Shown one piece after another: positions 11,399 through 22,939 of a DNA stretch of 64,000 nucleotides. The stretch is from an uncultured Planctomycetota bacterium (GTDB lineage: Bacteria > Planctomycetota > Planctomycetia > Isosphaerales > Isosphaeraceae), in the NCBI GenBank assembly GCA_963845755.1, contig CAWJTV010000021.1, forward strand, positions 1-64,000, read 5' to 3'. Positions within the stretch are counted from its first letter, which is position 1. The number at the start of each line of letters is the position of its first letter. The notes beneath the pieces are model-generated. The model did not search any database and was not told the origin of the DNA. It was given only the letters and a program-made list of their open reading frames with translations. Position numbers and translations under genes: made by a program.

Positions 11399-11443
11399 GG
11401 CGGAAAGCCGTTCGGCCGAGGCTGTTCGGACGCTTTCGGAAGG

Positions 11444-12535
11444 TTAGCCGGCTCCCGCCAGGGTCCCACACGCCGCCTGGATGTCCTTGCCTCCGGAGTA
11501 CCGCCGGACCACCGGCTGGCCGACATGTCGGGTCAGGGCGTCGCGGAACTTCTGGCGCTCGTCGTCCCCAGGTGGCTGGAACCGGCCGGTCGCGTCGGTC
11601 ACGTCAATCAGGTCCAGCCGCACCGGCGTATCGCCAATGAGTGTGCCGAGCGCCGCGGCGTCGTCCTCGCCGACGTTCACCCCCGAGATGCAGACATACG
11701 CTAGCATCACCCGGTCTCGCCGGGCCAGCGCATGGCGGCGAGCCGCGGCCATCACCTCGTCAACGCTCCAACCTGCCGCGACGGGAACGAGTTGCGCACG
11801 CTTCTCGTCGGTCGCCGCTCCGAGGCTGATCGAGAGGCGGTACTTGTGTCCCTCGTTCGTGTATTCGTCGATCTGGGGGACGATCCCGACCGTGCTGATC
11901 GTGATTGCCTTTGCCGCGAGTTGGCCGCCATGAGGACACGACAACAACGACGCCGCGGCCATCACATGGGGTTTGACACCCGGCAGGAGCGGTTCGCCCA
12001 TCCCCATGAAAACTGCGCCGGTAACCCGTCGCCCCTGTTCTCGCACGAGCTCGCGTGCCTGCACGTACTGGTCGAGGATCTCCCAGGTTTCCAGGTTTCG
12101 CCATCGGGGCATCTGTGTCGTCGCACAGAAAACGCAACCCATAGGGCAGCCGACCTGGGAGGACAGGCAGACACTGACGGCGCCCGGCTTGTGCAGGGGG
12201 ATCAACACTGTCTCCACAGCCAGCTCATCATGCGTCCGGAACAGGAGTTTCTGGAATCCGTCGATCTGCGAGGTTACCGTGTGCTCCAAGGTCAACCTCG
12301 GCAATGGGTTCCGAATCGCGTCCCGGAGCCGGCGCGGCACCTGGAAATCGCGGCCCCACACCCTGGGATCGTGAATGCCCCGACCGACAACGGCCGACAG
12401 CAAGCGGCGGATCGACAGGTCATGGGCTCCGAGCGATCGGGCGCGTGCCTGAAAATCGCTAGGTGGGATATCCCGAGGGTCGAGCACAGCGTTCGTTCTC
12501 CGAAAAACCGCAAGGTGCCGTGGACGTTTTTCCAC
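11444..12535 (-). CDS. rlmN: RlmN/Cfr-family radical SAM RNA methyltransferase
   Basis: CLSSQVGCPMGCVFC, FMGMGEP, ISTVG and C-terminal DIQAACG. Start codon uncertain; may be a paralog. Confidence 0.75.
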   Translation of the reverse strand: MEKRPRHLAVFRRTNAVLDPRDIPPSDFQARARSLGAHDLSIRRLLSAVVGRGIHDPRVWGRDFQVPRRLRDAIRNPLPRLTLEHTVTSQIDGFQKLLFRTHDELAVETVLIPLHKPGAVSVCLSSQVGCPMGCVFCATTQMPRWRNLETWEILDQYVQARELVREQGRRVTGAVFMGMGEPLLPGVKPHVMAAASLLSCPHGGQLAAKAITISTVGIVPQIDEYTNEGHKYRLSISLGAATDEKRAQLVPVAAGWSVDEVMAAARRHALARRDRVMLAYVCISGVNVGEDDAAALGTLIGDTPVRLDLIDVTDATGRFQPPGDDERQKFRDALTRHVGQPVVRRYSGGKDIQAACGTLAGAG

Positions 12536-12581
12536 CGGTTCTGATATACCGCACGCGGTCAGAAATAAGACATTCCATACC

Positions 12582-12635
12582 AACCCGAAGTGTAAACGAG
12601 GCAACGGTTTGACGCCCTCGTTCACGCTTCGGGTT
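12582..12635. repeat. Planctomycete-type REP palindrome (AACCCGAAGYGT.ARCGAGG ... CCTCG.TCACGCTTCGGGTT)
   Basis: Imperfect 20-bp inverted repeat in the rlmN/degP intergenic region. Confidence 0.6.
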
Positions 12636-13058
12636 AGTGCCCCCAGAGGCCACGTGCAGTATCACTTTCATGGCGCCGTGCGCGTTTTTTCCCCCCCGAA
12701 GGAGCGACGTTAACCCGGATCGTTGCCTCGTTGGGGGCATGACCATCCTTAGGTGATAGCATGGTTCTGTCAAGGAGTCGCAAATCCGACCCAACCTTCT
12801 GAATATCTCGAACGTAACAAGGAAGTACACAGTAGGGGGCTGAGTTGGGGTCGCCATGATAAACCCCTCCGGCTCGACCGAGTAGTACGACCGTCCCGAT
12901 CGGCAGAGGAATTGCGGGCGGAGGATGGTGAGGGCAAGCCAGCGGCTTGTCCCCGATCCCCACGTGCCGCGAATCCGGCAGGTCGATCGACTTTCCGGTT
13001 TCCTCACCGTTGTCAGATCATCTTTGAGGTCAGGTTGATCGAAGGAGATTGCACGAGT

Positions 13059-14626
13059 ATGAAGAGAAATCCAGTTGCATGGGCCGCATTGATTGTGGCG
13101 TCGGCTGCCTTGGTGAGTTCATCGGGCTTCCTGCGCCCGATGCCGGCTGCACCCAAGGCCCCCTTGGAAGGTCAGCAAGCTGCGAAGGCCCTTTCGCAAG
13201 CGTATGAGGCGGTTGCGGAGTTCGCCCGACCGTCGGTCGTCCAGATCATGGTCCAGAAGAAGGCGGCGGGGATCGGCAACCTGCGCGGCCTTCCGCGGTC
13301 TCCATTCCCCCCGCGTGGTAACGAGCCCCTTAACCCGCGCGACCTGGAGGAGATGCTCCGCAGGTTCTTCGGCCCGGACGGGGCCCCGGAGAAAGAGCAA
13401 TTCAGTCCCCGCCAGGCCGTCGGGGTCGGCTCGGGATTCGTGTATGACAGCCGCGGCCATATCTTGACCAACAACCACGTTGTCGAGAACGCCGACAAGA
13501 TCGAGGTGTCCTTCTATGACGGCGTCACGGCCTCGGCGAAAGTCGTGGGCACCGACAGCAAGACGGACGTCGCCGTGATCAAGGTCGAGAACACGAGCTA
13601 CCCGGCCTTGCCCAAGGGTGACAGCGGCGATCTCAAAGTCGGCGAGATGGTCATGGCGGTCGGTTCGCCATTCAACCTGAGCCAGAGCGTCACCGCGGGC
13701 ATCATCTCGGCGCTGAACCGGGCGGACCTGGGGATCAACGGCAATCGCCAGGAAACCTACGAATCGTTCATCCAGACCGATGCCCCCATCAACCGGGGCA
13801 ACTCCGGCGGACCGTTGCTCAACATGAACGGCGAGGTGATCGGCATCAATTCGGCGATCGTACAGCGGCGGCAGTGGCAATGACGGGATCGGCTTCGCCA
13901 TCCCGATGAAAATCGCCACGAACGTGGCCGAAATGTTGATCAAGGACGGAAAGGTCCATTATGCCCGGATCGGAATCGGCGCTCCAACAACTGAGCCCGG
14001 CCCTGGCCCGCAAGCTCGGCCTCGATGAATCGACCAAGGGCGTGATCGTCGGCGACGTCTTGTCCGGCAGCCCGGCCGACAAGGCCGGTCTCAAGGCCGG
14101 CGACGTGATCGTCGGATTCGCGGGTGACAAGGTCCAGGATGGTTCGTCGTTCCGGCTGAAGGTCGCCACCAGCGAGGTGGCCAAGACGTACGAGCTGGTC
14201 TACCTCCGCGATGGCGAGAAGAAGACCACCTCCATCGTGCCGGCGCCCGAAGATAAGGTCGTCTTCGAGATGGAGGGCAGGACGAAGGCCCACGAGGACG
14301 AGAAACCCGCCGAGCCCGCCAAGACCACCATCAATGCCTTCGGTCTCGAGGTTCAACCTCTGACCCCCGAACTGGCCAAATCCCTCGGCCTGCCCGCGGG
14401 CCTAAAAGGCCTGATGGTCTCGTCCGTAAAAGAGGGCAGTCCCGCAGAGTCCGCGGGAATCCAGGAAGGGAACGTGATCACCAAGGTGATTCGCGACCAC
14501 AAACCCCAGCCCTTGACCAGCGTCAAGGACTTCCAGGACCTGGCTTCCAAGTCCGACGAACTGGCGATTTATGTTCAGACGAGGCGGGGAAGCGCATTCG
14601 TCGTCTTGTCGAAGGAAGCGAAGTGA
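13059..14626 (+). CDS. degP: HtrA/DegP serine protease with two PDZ domains (frameshifts at ~13862 and ~13978)
   Basis: Signal/TM segment, TNNHVV, DVAVIKV and GNSGGPL triad motifs; NDGIGFAIP in the shifted frame; two PDZ domains (GSPADKAGLK, GSPAESAGIQ). Confidence 0.88.
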
Positions 14627-14687
14627 ATGAGGCCGGGTCGTCGGTACTTCCGGCGTCCGGGCCCTGTCGGGAATCGTTGACGAAATG

Positions 14688-14731
14688 AAAAGGGGCGGCC
14701 AGGATTGGAATCCCGGCCGCCCCTTTTCTTT
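14688..14731 (+). terminator. Rho-independent terminator after degP
   Basis: AAAAGGGGCGGCC-loop-GGCCGCCCCTTTTCTTT. Confidence 0.8.
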
Positions 14732-15158
14732 ATGAAAATCCAGATTAACCCGGCGCCGCGGGGTCGATCGAGGAGTCGGTGATCCGAGTCGGTTGGGTCC
14801 TCCCTGGTGGTACATCGAGTATCGACCCGGCTCCACTCGGAAGTTTCATAAAACCCTCGCGGCGAACGCGGCCCCATCATCGCGTTCCGTTATAACCCCT
14901 ACACTTCAACACGGCCGGCCCGAGGGCCCACATCGACCGGTTGGCCAACCGCGTCACGAAAACGCCGGGAATCCTGGGTTTCTCCCGCGCCGTGTTTCAT
15001 CTCGAACGGAAACGGTAGCCGTCCGACGCGAGATATCCAATAATAGAGGGGCACCTCCGAGCCGGGATCGGAGGCAGGTCGTACCCGGTCGCGACGGTCG
15101 CCGGCGCGGGTCAGTCTGAATCGAGGGAACGGCCCGGCGGCAGGCGTAGAGATTCCGC

Positions 15159-16434
15159 ATGATCGATCCGAGAACGAATCCCGAATCCGAGGAGCATGAG
15201 TCGATCGAGCATTACGATCTCGCGGTCGCTCCCCGGGTCCGAAGCTTGCCTCCGTATCTCTTCGGCCGGATCAACGAACTGAAGTACCGGAAGCGTCGCG
15301 AGGGGATCGACGTGATCGATCTGGGGATGGGGAATCCCACCGACCCCCCCGAGGAATGGGTGGTCGACAAGCTCTGCGAGGCGGCGCACGATACCCGGAA
15401 CCATCGCTACAGCGCCGCCACCGGCGTGTATAACTTGCGCCGGGAGGTCGCCCAGCGCGTACGAATCCCGATTCGGCGTCAACGTCGAGCCCGACCACGA
15501 AGTCGTCGCAACCATCGGGTCGAAGGAAGGTTTCAGCCACATGTGCCTGGCCCTGCTGGGGCCTGGCGATACGGCGTTGGTTCCGGCACCGAGCTTCCCG
15601 GTTCACATCCATGCGATTGCGCTGGCCTCGGCCAACGTGATCTCGCTCGATGTCCGGGATTCCTCGGCGTTTCTGTCCAACATCGCGCGGACATGCGAGA
15701 GCCTGTTCCCCCGTCCGAAGATCCTGGTCTTGAACTATCCGCATAACCCGACGGCCACGGTCGTCGAGCCGGCGTTCTTCGAGGAGATCGTCGCCCTGGC
15801 CCGGAAGTATCGCTTCTTCGTGATCCACGACTTCGCGTACGGCGATCTCGGATTCGACGGTTATCAGCCGCCGAGCTTCCTGTCGGTCAAAGGGGCCAAG
15901 GGGGTCGGCTGCGAGTTCACAACCATGTCCAAGGGCTACAACATGGCCGGTTGGCGGGTCGGCTTCGCGGCGGGCAATCGCGACATGCTGGCGGCGCTCA
16001 AGGCCATCAAGGGCTATTACGACTACGGGATCTTCCAGGCCGTGCAGGTCGCCTCGATCGTGGCGCTGAGGCATGGGGAACCGGCCCGGTTAGCCCAGGT
16101 CGCCGAGTACCAGGCACGCCGCGATGCCCTGGTTCGGGGCTTGAGGCGGATCGGCTGGGACGTCGAGACTCCTCGGGCGGGGATGTTCCTCTGGACGGCC
16201 ATGCCCGAGTCCTGGCGCTCGCGGATGGGCTCGATCGACTTCGCCATGAAACTGCTGGAGGAAGCCCACGTCGCCGTCAGCCCCGGCCGCGGCTTCGGCG
16301 AGACGGGCGAAGGCTTCCTCCGCCTTGCCATGGTCGAGAACGCCCAGCGCCTCCAGCAAGCCGTCCGCCAGATCGGCCGCTGCGTGCGACCCGCTCACGC
16401 TCATCGCGGAACCCAGCAGGCCCCGGAAGAATAG
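15159..16434 (+). CDS. Class I/II PLP aminotransferase, AlaC/LL-DAP-aminotransferase-like (frameshift at ~15460)
   Basis: LPPYLF...[22 protein letters not shown] and [13 protein letters not shown] (PLP lysine). Confidence 0.88.
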
Positions 16435-16478
16435 CCACGGCACAAAGTTGATGAAAACCGAGGAGAGCCGATTCCCCG

Positions 16479-16679
16479 ATGGTCGCTTGCGCCTATTGTG
16501 AAAAGCCCCTGACTTGCGACACCTGCCGGGCCGACTACGTTCCGCCAACTCAGGATCACTACCAGGCCCTCTCTCAGCCCGACGTGCTCGTGGTGTGTCC
16601 CGAATGCGAGGCGGTCCTCGTCTGCCATTGGTGCAAGACACCATACGACGGACTCGTGGAGGACGAATCCCCCGGATAG
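16479..16679 (+). CDS. Small cysteine-rich double zinc-ribbon protein (66 aa)
   Basis: GAGGAG RBS; four CxxC pairs (CAYC, CDTC, CPEC, CHWC). Confidence 0.7.
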   Translation: MVACAYCEKPLTCDTCRADYVPPTQDHYQALSQPDVLVVCPECEAVLVCHWCKTPYDGLVEDESPG

Positions 16680-16877
16680 CTGCACTCCCATTGAATTCGT
16701 GATCAGTGGGAGGCAGAAAAGCGATTGATTCTCGTTCCCACCATGCGGGAGCGTGGGAACAAGTCGTCCGCAAGACTTGTCCTCACTCCTTGCTTACGCT
16801 GATTCAACGGTGTTGGCTTTAGCCCGTTCGCTGGTCCGGCCAAGAGATCCACCGCCAGGCCGACGTGACTCCGGAGG

Positions 16878-17981
16878 TCAGGCTTTCTGCCTGTTGGGGT
16901 TCTGGGTCGGGCCCGGGGTTTCTTGATGGGACGATGGGTTACTCGTCACGGCCGTCCGGGACGGTTGGACCTGATCGATTCGCCCGAAGATCATGCGGCC
17001 CGCACTGGTCTGCAGGACGCTGGTGACTGTCAGCCGGACGCTCTCGCCCAGGTGGTAAGCTCCATGCTCGGCGACAATCATCGTGCCATCGTCGAGATAA
17101 CCGACTCCTTGACCCTGCTCCTCGCCCTTCTTGAGGATCTTCACCGTGAGGTTCTCGCCGGGTAGGACGATCGGCTTCATGGCGTTGGCCAGATCGTTAA
17201 GGTTGATGACCTCGACGCCTTGCAGCCGGGCGATCTTGTTCAGGTTGTAGTCATTGGTCACTACCTTGCCACCCAGGTGCTTGGCCAGGACCACCAACCG
17301 CTGATCGACCTCGCGGATCCCCGCCAACTCGGGGATCTCGGCGTCGTGGATCCGAACCTCGATCCCGGGCGATTTTTGCAGACGGTTGAGGATGTCCAAG
17401 CCGCGGCGTCCCCGGTTGCGTCGCAGCTTATCCGAGCTGTCCGCAATACTTTGCAACTCCTGGAGCACGAAGCGCGGGACCACCATCGGCTGGTCGATGA
17501 CCCGAGTCTCGGCCACGTCGGCGATCCGCCCATCGATCACGACCGAGGTATCCAGGACCAGTGGTCGCGATCCCTTGATCTCTTTTGAGAATTCCATGTA
17601 GGGAATAATGAATCGAAAGTCATCCTTCGTCTGGAGCAGCGTCGAAATGCAGATGTAACAGATGAAGATCAGGATGAGGAGCGAGCACATCCGGTGAACA
17701 TTTCGATTGAGATAGAGTTCCATTGTAGGCTGGAGCGCTTCGGTCACGAGATTCGTCAGGAAGATCCCCACGATCACGCCAAAATAGACGGCCGAGATTG
17801 TCTGGACGCGCTTGCGGGGAGTGAGGAGGTCAACGACGACGACGCAGACTGCGGCGAGCATCACGCCGATGAACAGGATGTACGGGTTTGCGAGTTGATT
17901 CTCGCCGACGACTTTCGCGAATCGGACGCCGAGCCCGGCGATAACGAAGACGAAAATGGCTCGGATCAGGATCAGGAGCAT
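16878..17981 (-). CDS. PIN/TRAM-domain membrane protein (YacL-like)
   Basis: Four TM helices, LDTSVVIDGRI, RGRRGLDIL, VTNDYNL and GVGYLDDGTMIV...QTSAGRMIF. Confidence 0.92.
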   Translation of the reverse strand: MLLILIRAIFVFVIAGLGVRFAKVVGENQLANPYILFIGVMLAAVCVVVVDLLTPRKRVQTISAVYFGVIVGIFLTNLVTEALQPTMELYLNRNVHRMCSLLILIFICYICISTLLQTKDDFRFIIPYMEFSKEIKGSRPLVLDTSVVIDGRIADVAETRVIDQPMVVPRFVLQELQSIADSSDKLRRNRGRRGLDILNRLQKSPGIEVRIHDAEIPELAGIREVDQRLVVLAKHLGGKVVTNDYNLNKIARLQGVEVINLNDLANAMKPIVLPGENLTVKILKKGEEQGQGVGYLDDGTMIVAEHGAYHLGESVRLTVTSVLQTSAGRMIFGRIDQVQPSRTAVTSNPSSHQETPGPTQNPNRQKA

Positions 17982-18082
17982 GGTATATGACCTCTTCCGA
18001 CGTGGCGGTATTGGGGTGAGCGCATCGGGATCATTTCGAAGTGTATGATCAAGGATTCACACAATTCAACCGAACATTCGGA

Positions 18083-18597
18083 CTAATCCCGTGCTCCGGG
18101 TTCGTGGGCCAATGCCTCCAGCAATCGGTCGTAAAACTCGTGTAAGCTTTCCACAATGACTTTGGAATGACCCAAGACGGGCATGAAATTGGTGTCTCCG
18201 TCCCATCGCGGTACGACATGCCAGTGGATATGGCCGGGCAGACCGGCACCCGCAGCGCACCCTGATTCAATCCAATGTTATAACCCTGCGGCTGGAGCAT
18301 CCGATCGAGGATCGTGGTCATCCGGCGTAGAGTCTGGATCGGTTCGATCAGGTCAGGTCCTTCCAATTCGGCCAGGAGCCCTTGATGGACGCGAGGGGCC
18401 ACCAGAAGATGCCCATTATTATAGGGATAACGATTCAAGACCACGATGGAATTCGTCGTGCGATCCACGACGAGATTCTGACGATCCTCGCTGCTGGTTC
18501 CGGCGCGGCACAGGAAACAGCCCGGCCTGGGCTCGGGTGTGGCAGCGGCCTCATGGATGTATTGCGCACGCCAGGGGGCCCAGATCCGACTCAACAC
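18083..18597 (-). CDS. HIT-family hydrolase (Ap4A phosphorylase/Fhit-like), frameshift at ~18260
   Basis: IWAPWR..YI, CFLC, LNRYPYNNGHLLV; the shifted frame gives AGAGLPGHIHWHVVPRWDGDTNFMPV. Confidence 0.88.
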
Positions 18598-18906
18598 GAT
18601 GCGTCACTCCTGCGGAGACACCGGCCGCGACGCTTTGCACCCGCGCTCGCCGCCGGTGGCCTGTCGTCACCGGGATCGAGCCGCCGCCTCGTTCAAGCGC
18701 AAGGCTGGTCGAACAGTATCTGCGGAGGACCATATTGTCGCCAAAGGGCACACATTTCCGCAATGGCATGTCCGAGCCCACAGTCCAGGGAGCGGGCCCA
18801 GCGGCGTGTCGTGGCGGGAAACACGACCGCGGTTGCCCCGTATTCGGGCCGAGCGCTCGACCTACTTTGGTTTTGACCGACTACCCTGACCAGCGACCAC
18901 GGAGGC

Positions 18907-19686
18907 TCAGAGCAATCGACGATCCCAGACCGGGTAATACTGGGCCCAGGCCCGTCCGACGATCTGGCCCTGGGAAACCAGGAGGAGCGGGCCCGACGCG
19001 GAGGAGGATGATCCATCATCCTCGGGCTCGATGAGGATCTGGTTGGCAGGGACCGTGAAGTGGCAAACCTGAACCCAGGCCGTCATCCGCAGGGGGGAAT
19101 GGAGCTGCTGCTCCCTGCCGTGAACCCGCCACTGACGGCCGGTCCATTCGACTTCCTGTCCCGAGACGGCTACCACCCGCGCCGCTTGGAGTTGGCCGTG
19201 GGGAGGCATTCGCAGCCAGACACAATGCCCGCGACGGGGTTGGGTGCCCTGGTACGCCAAGCAATTGACCAGATATCCGCTTCCCGTCCGATCCGGCGTG
19301 AAGCTCGGGCACGCGGTCACGAACAAGGCAGAAAGGGCCGGCAGATACAACAAGACCGCGAAGGCACCCGTGATCATCAGCAAGGCGGTCCGGCGCGGGT
19401 AGACCGGAAATGACCCCTGGCGGATCGCATCGGTCGTCGAGGTCACATGACTGAGGAACGCAAACGCGAAGAAGCTCCAGCCGACCCAGGTTCCCCATGT
19501 CAATATCCCGGCCGCCACCGCGAAGGCGAACGAGCCCAGCAGGACCCAGCCGCGCTCGCGTTGTCCCCAGGCGAACTGCGGCCAGCCGGGGACGAGTACC
19601 CGCGCCCCGGCCGGGGAATCGAATGGGAGACGGTCGAGCGGCCAACTCTTGCCTCGAGCCGAAACACGCCTGATGGCGCGGGTCAT
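18907..19686 (-). CDS. Membrane protein with a degenerate signal peptidase I (S26)-like domain
   Basis: VPGWPQ leader with three TMs; YLVNCLAY..PRRG, ARVVAVSGQEV, FTVPANQ and IVGRAWAQYYP follow the LepB box order. Confidence 0.62.
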   Translation of the reverse strand: MTRAIRRVSARGKSWPLDRLPFDSPAGARVLVPGWPQFAWGQRERGWVLLGSFAFAVAAGILTWGTWVGWSFFAFAFLSHVTSTTDAIRQGSFPVYPRRTALLMITGAFAVLLYLPALSALFVTACPSFTPDRTGSGYLVNCLAYQGTQPRRGHCVWLRMPPHGQLQAARVVAVSGQEVEWTGRQWRVHGREQQLHSPLRMTAWVQVCHFTVPANQILIEPEDDGSSSSASGPLLLVSQGQIVGRAWAQYYPVWDRRLL

Positions 19687-20049
19687 TAGTGGTTCCCTCG
19701 TATCAGGATGATCGCCGAACCGGGAGTGCACCGATCCGAAGCTAGGCCGGAAAGTCAAGCGGGCTGGGAGGGCGAATAAACCAGGGATCGCGATCCTGTC
19801 CTCATTCTCAATGGATAGGACACCGTCCCTTGAGTATATCTCGGCGTCAGGAACGTTCGCTATGCCCCCTCCCAAATAGCTTTTCGGGCGCCGGAATGAA
19901 AAATTCCAGGCGCCCCTCCCGGATCGGCGGTTCGGGCGGAGCCCTCGCCAGAGTCCGCGCCGGCCGGGAAAAACGGGGAATTCCCCACGGAATCCGCCAA
20001 CCGCACCCATCCGGAGTGCGTATAATCCCATTAACGACCCGGTTAGGGC

Positions 20050-20077
20050 TTGACCTCATGTGGGGGGTCGTTAGAAT
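20050..20077 (+). promoter_or_regulatory. Candidate sigma-70 promoter for fusA
   Basis: TTGACC-16 nt-TAGAAT, about 240 bp upstream of the start codon. Confidence 0.4.
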
Positions 20078-20315
20078 ATCTTGCTCGCATTCACAAGGTC
20101 TACTTGGACTCTTCCCATGCCTCACACCAAAATGGATTAGTGTCTTACAGATCGGTTTTGGTGTGCCCCCGATTCTCGCCCCTGGCATGCCCTTCAGCCC
20201 GCGTTGGAACGGCGGGTTGATCTGAACCCGTCTTAATCACTGACGACGTGGGTTCGTGGCCCCGGTCAAAGGGCGTTCCACCCTTTGCTCGACGGCTGCT
20301 GAGTGTACTTCGATC

Positions 20316-22406
20316 ATGGAAAACCTTCGCAACGTACGCAATATCGGCATCTCGGCGCACATCGACTCGGGCAAGACCACGCTGACCGAGCGGGTCCTGT
20401 ATTACACCGGCCGCACCCACGTGATCAAGGAGGTCAAGGGTGAGGGGGCGGTGATGGACCACATGGAGCTGGAGCGCGAGCGCGGGATCACGATCACCTC
20501 GGCGGCCACCACGGTCCACTGGGAAGACCACAAGATCAATATCATCGACACTCCGGGCCACGTGGATTTCACGGTCGAGGTCGAGCGATCGCTGCGCGTC
20601 CTCGACGGGGCCGTGCTGGTCCTCTGCGCGGTAGCCGGGGTGCAATCGCAGTCAATCACGGTCGATCGCCAGATGAAGCGATACGCGGTGCCGCGGATCG
20701 CCTTCATCAACAAGATGGACCGCACCGGCGCCAACCCGGCCAATGTGATCCAGCAGCTCGAGACCAAGCTTGGCTTGACGGCCATTCCGCTGCAACTTCC
20801 GATCGGGTTGGAGTCGAATTTCGCGGGAGTGATCGACCTGATCGATCGTAAGGCAGTCTACTTCGATGGCGAGAAGGGGGAGACGGTCCGGGTCGAGCCA
20901 ATCCCGGCCGACATGGTCGAGGCGGCCGAGCGCGCCCGCCAGGGGATGCTCGAGGCCCTCTCGATGCTCTCCGACGAGATCATGGGCCTGCTCCTGGAGG
21001 AGCAGGAGGTTCCTCTGGAGCTGATCCACAAGACGATCCGCGAGGGGACGATCGCCCAGCAGATCTGCCCGGTGATGGTGGGAACGGCCTATCGCAACAA
21101 GGGGGTCCAGTCCCTGCTCGACGCGGTGAACCGGTACCTGCCCAGCCCGCTAGACCGCGAGATCTTCGCCAAGGACCATTCCAACGGCGGGGCCGAGATG
21201 CCGCTGGCTCCCGACCCCGATGCGCCCCTGGTCGCCATGGCGTTCAAGCTGGTGGAGGAGCCATTCGGACAGGTCACGTTCGTCCGGATCTATCAGGGTA
21301 CGCTCGCGAAGGGGAGCTTTTACTATAACACCCGGCAGAAGAAGCGGGCGCGAATCAGCCGCATCCTCCGCGTCCACGCCGATCAGAAAGAAGACATCAG
21401 CTCGGCCTCCGCGGGCGACATCGTGGCCGTGATGGGCATCGAGTGCGCCACCGGCGACACGTATTGCTCCGAGGGGAGCGAACTCTCGCTGGAGAGCATC
21501 TACGCCGCCGAGCCGGTCATCGACCTGTCGATCCAGCCGGCCAAGCGCGCCGACTACGATAAACTCGCCAAGGCCCTCAACCGGTTCATGCGCGAGGACC
21601 CGACGTTCCGCGTCCACGTCGACCACGAGACCAGCGAGACGATCATCTCGGGGATGGGCGAGCTCCACCTGGAGATCTACGTCGAACGGATCCGCCGCGA
21701 GTACAAGGTCGAGTGCACCGTCGGGGCACCGAAGGTCAGCTATCGCGAGGCGCCCACCCGCGAGACCCCGTTCAACTACAAGCACAAGAAGCAGACCGGC
21801 GGAGCGGGGCAATACGCCCACATCGTCGGCAAACTGATCCCCCTGGACCCGCAGTCGCCCGAGGCGTTCGTCTTCGAAAACAAGGTCACCGGCGGCCGGA
21901 TCCCCACGGAGTACATCCCCTCGGTGGAGAAGGGCTTCCGCGAATCGATGCATAAGGGACCGGTCGCTGGCTACGAGGTCATGGGCGTCCACATGCGGCT
22001 CGAGGACGGCACGTACCACGATGTCGATTCCTCGACCATGGCCTTCGAGATCTGCGCCCGCGACTGCTTCCGCGAGACCTTCAAGAAGGCCGATCCGGTC
22101 CTTCTCGAGCCGATCATGAAGGTCGAGGTCGAGATCCCGACCGAATTCCAGGGCCCGGTCACCGGCGCACTCTCGGCGAAGCGGGGCGTCATCCTCGGCA
22201 CTGAATCCCGCTCGGGTTACACCGTCATCACAGCGGAAGTCCCCCTCGCCGAGATGTTCGGCTACTCCAACGACTTGAGGAGCTCGACCCAGGGCAAGGG
22301 TAGCTTCAGTATGGAGTTCCTCAAGTACCAGAAGGTGCCCTCGCGATTCCAGGAAGAGATCGTCAAGAAGGCTCAGACCCTGGCCAAGGTCGGCGCCAAG
22401 GGTTGA
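20316..22406 (+). CDS. fusA: Elongation factor G
   Basis: [45 protein letters not shown] and LLEPIM; 696 aa. Confidence 0.96.
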   Translation: MENLRNVRNIGISAHIDSGKTTLTERVLYYTGRTHVIKEVKGEGAVMDHMELERERGITITSAATTVHWEDHKINIIDTPGHVDFTVEVERSLRVLDGAVLVLCAVAGVQSQSITVDRQMKRYAVPRIAFINKMDRTGANPANVIQQLETKLGLTAIPLQLPIGLESNFAGVIDLIDRKAVYFDGEKGETVRVEPIPADMVEAAERARQGMLEALSMLSDEIMGLLLEEQEVPLELIHKTIREGTIAQQICPVMVGTAYRNKGVQSLLDAVNRYLPSPLDREIFAKDHSNGGAEMPLAPDPDAPLVAMAFKLVEEPFGQVTFVRIYQGTLAKGSFYYNTRQKKRARISRILRVHADQKEDISSASAGDIVAVMGIECATGDTYCSEGSELSLESIYAAEPVIDLSIQPAKRADYDKLAKALNRFMREDPTFRVHVDHETSETIISGMGELHLEIYVERIRREYKVECTVGAPKVSYREAPTRETPFNYKHKKQTGGAGQYAHIVGKLIPLDPQSPEAFVFENKVTGGRIPTEYIPSVEKGFRESMHKGPVAGYEVMGVHMRLEDGTYHDVDSSTMAFEICARDCFRETFKKADPVLLEPIMKVEVEIPTEFQGPVTGALSAKRGVILGTESRSGYTVITAEVPLAEMFGYSNDLRSSTQGKGSFSMEFLKYQKVPSRFQEEIVKKAQTLAKVGAKG

Positions 22407-22939
22407 GCGGACTCATCCCGGGGCGGCTGAACGTCACAGACGGGTCGGAGATCGAAAACGGAATCGGTTCCCGACCCGTGACGCTTTCCCTGATCGCTTA
22501 ACACTTTTGGCAGACACGCGCACGCCGGAAGGATCTCCCGACGAAGAGTCTGGCGTGGCCTCGGGGCGTAACCTCAACAGAGATTCCGAACTCCCGATTC
22601 CCAGGGGTCTGGTCTGGGAATCCGACATTCCGGCGTTTTGCGCACGACGCAGGAGTCTTCCCGGCGCAGGCTCAACGCGCGATCGCCGTTTTCATGCGCG
22701 TCAAGCCAGTCCACGAAACACATCGAGGGCCACGCCGTCAACCGAGAGCGGGGTACCGAATCGCCTGTTCCCGAGTCTGTGGTAATCGCCATCGGGGTCA
22801 CCCGGGATTCGCGTCATGCGTTCTACCCGCTTGGCCGGGAGCGGGGAGCTGACTTAGAATGGTCGTCTGGGACTTTCGTCGTTGACGGGGTCCTGCGTGA
22901 CCGTTCCTGACCGATCGATCCCAGAGAGGATTCTCCCGC

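Noticed and set aside
16878..18597. PIN/TRAM + HIT as a toxin-antitoxin or defence system
   Set aside because: YacL-like PIN/TRAM and this HIT type are common housekeeping-associated families, and no antitoxin-like gene is present.
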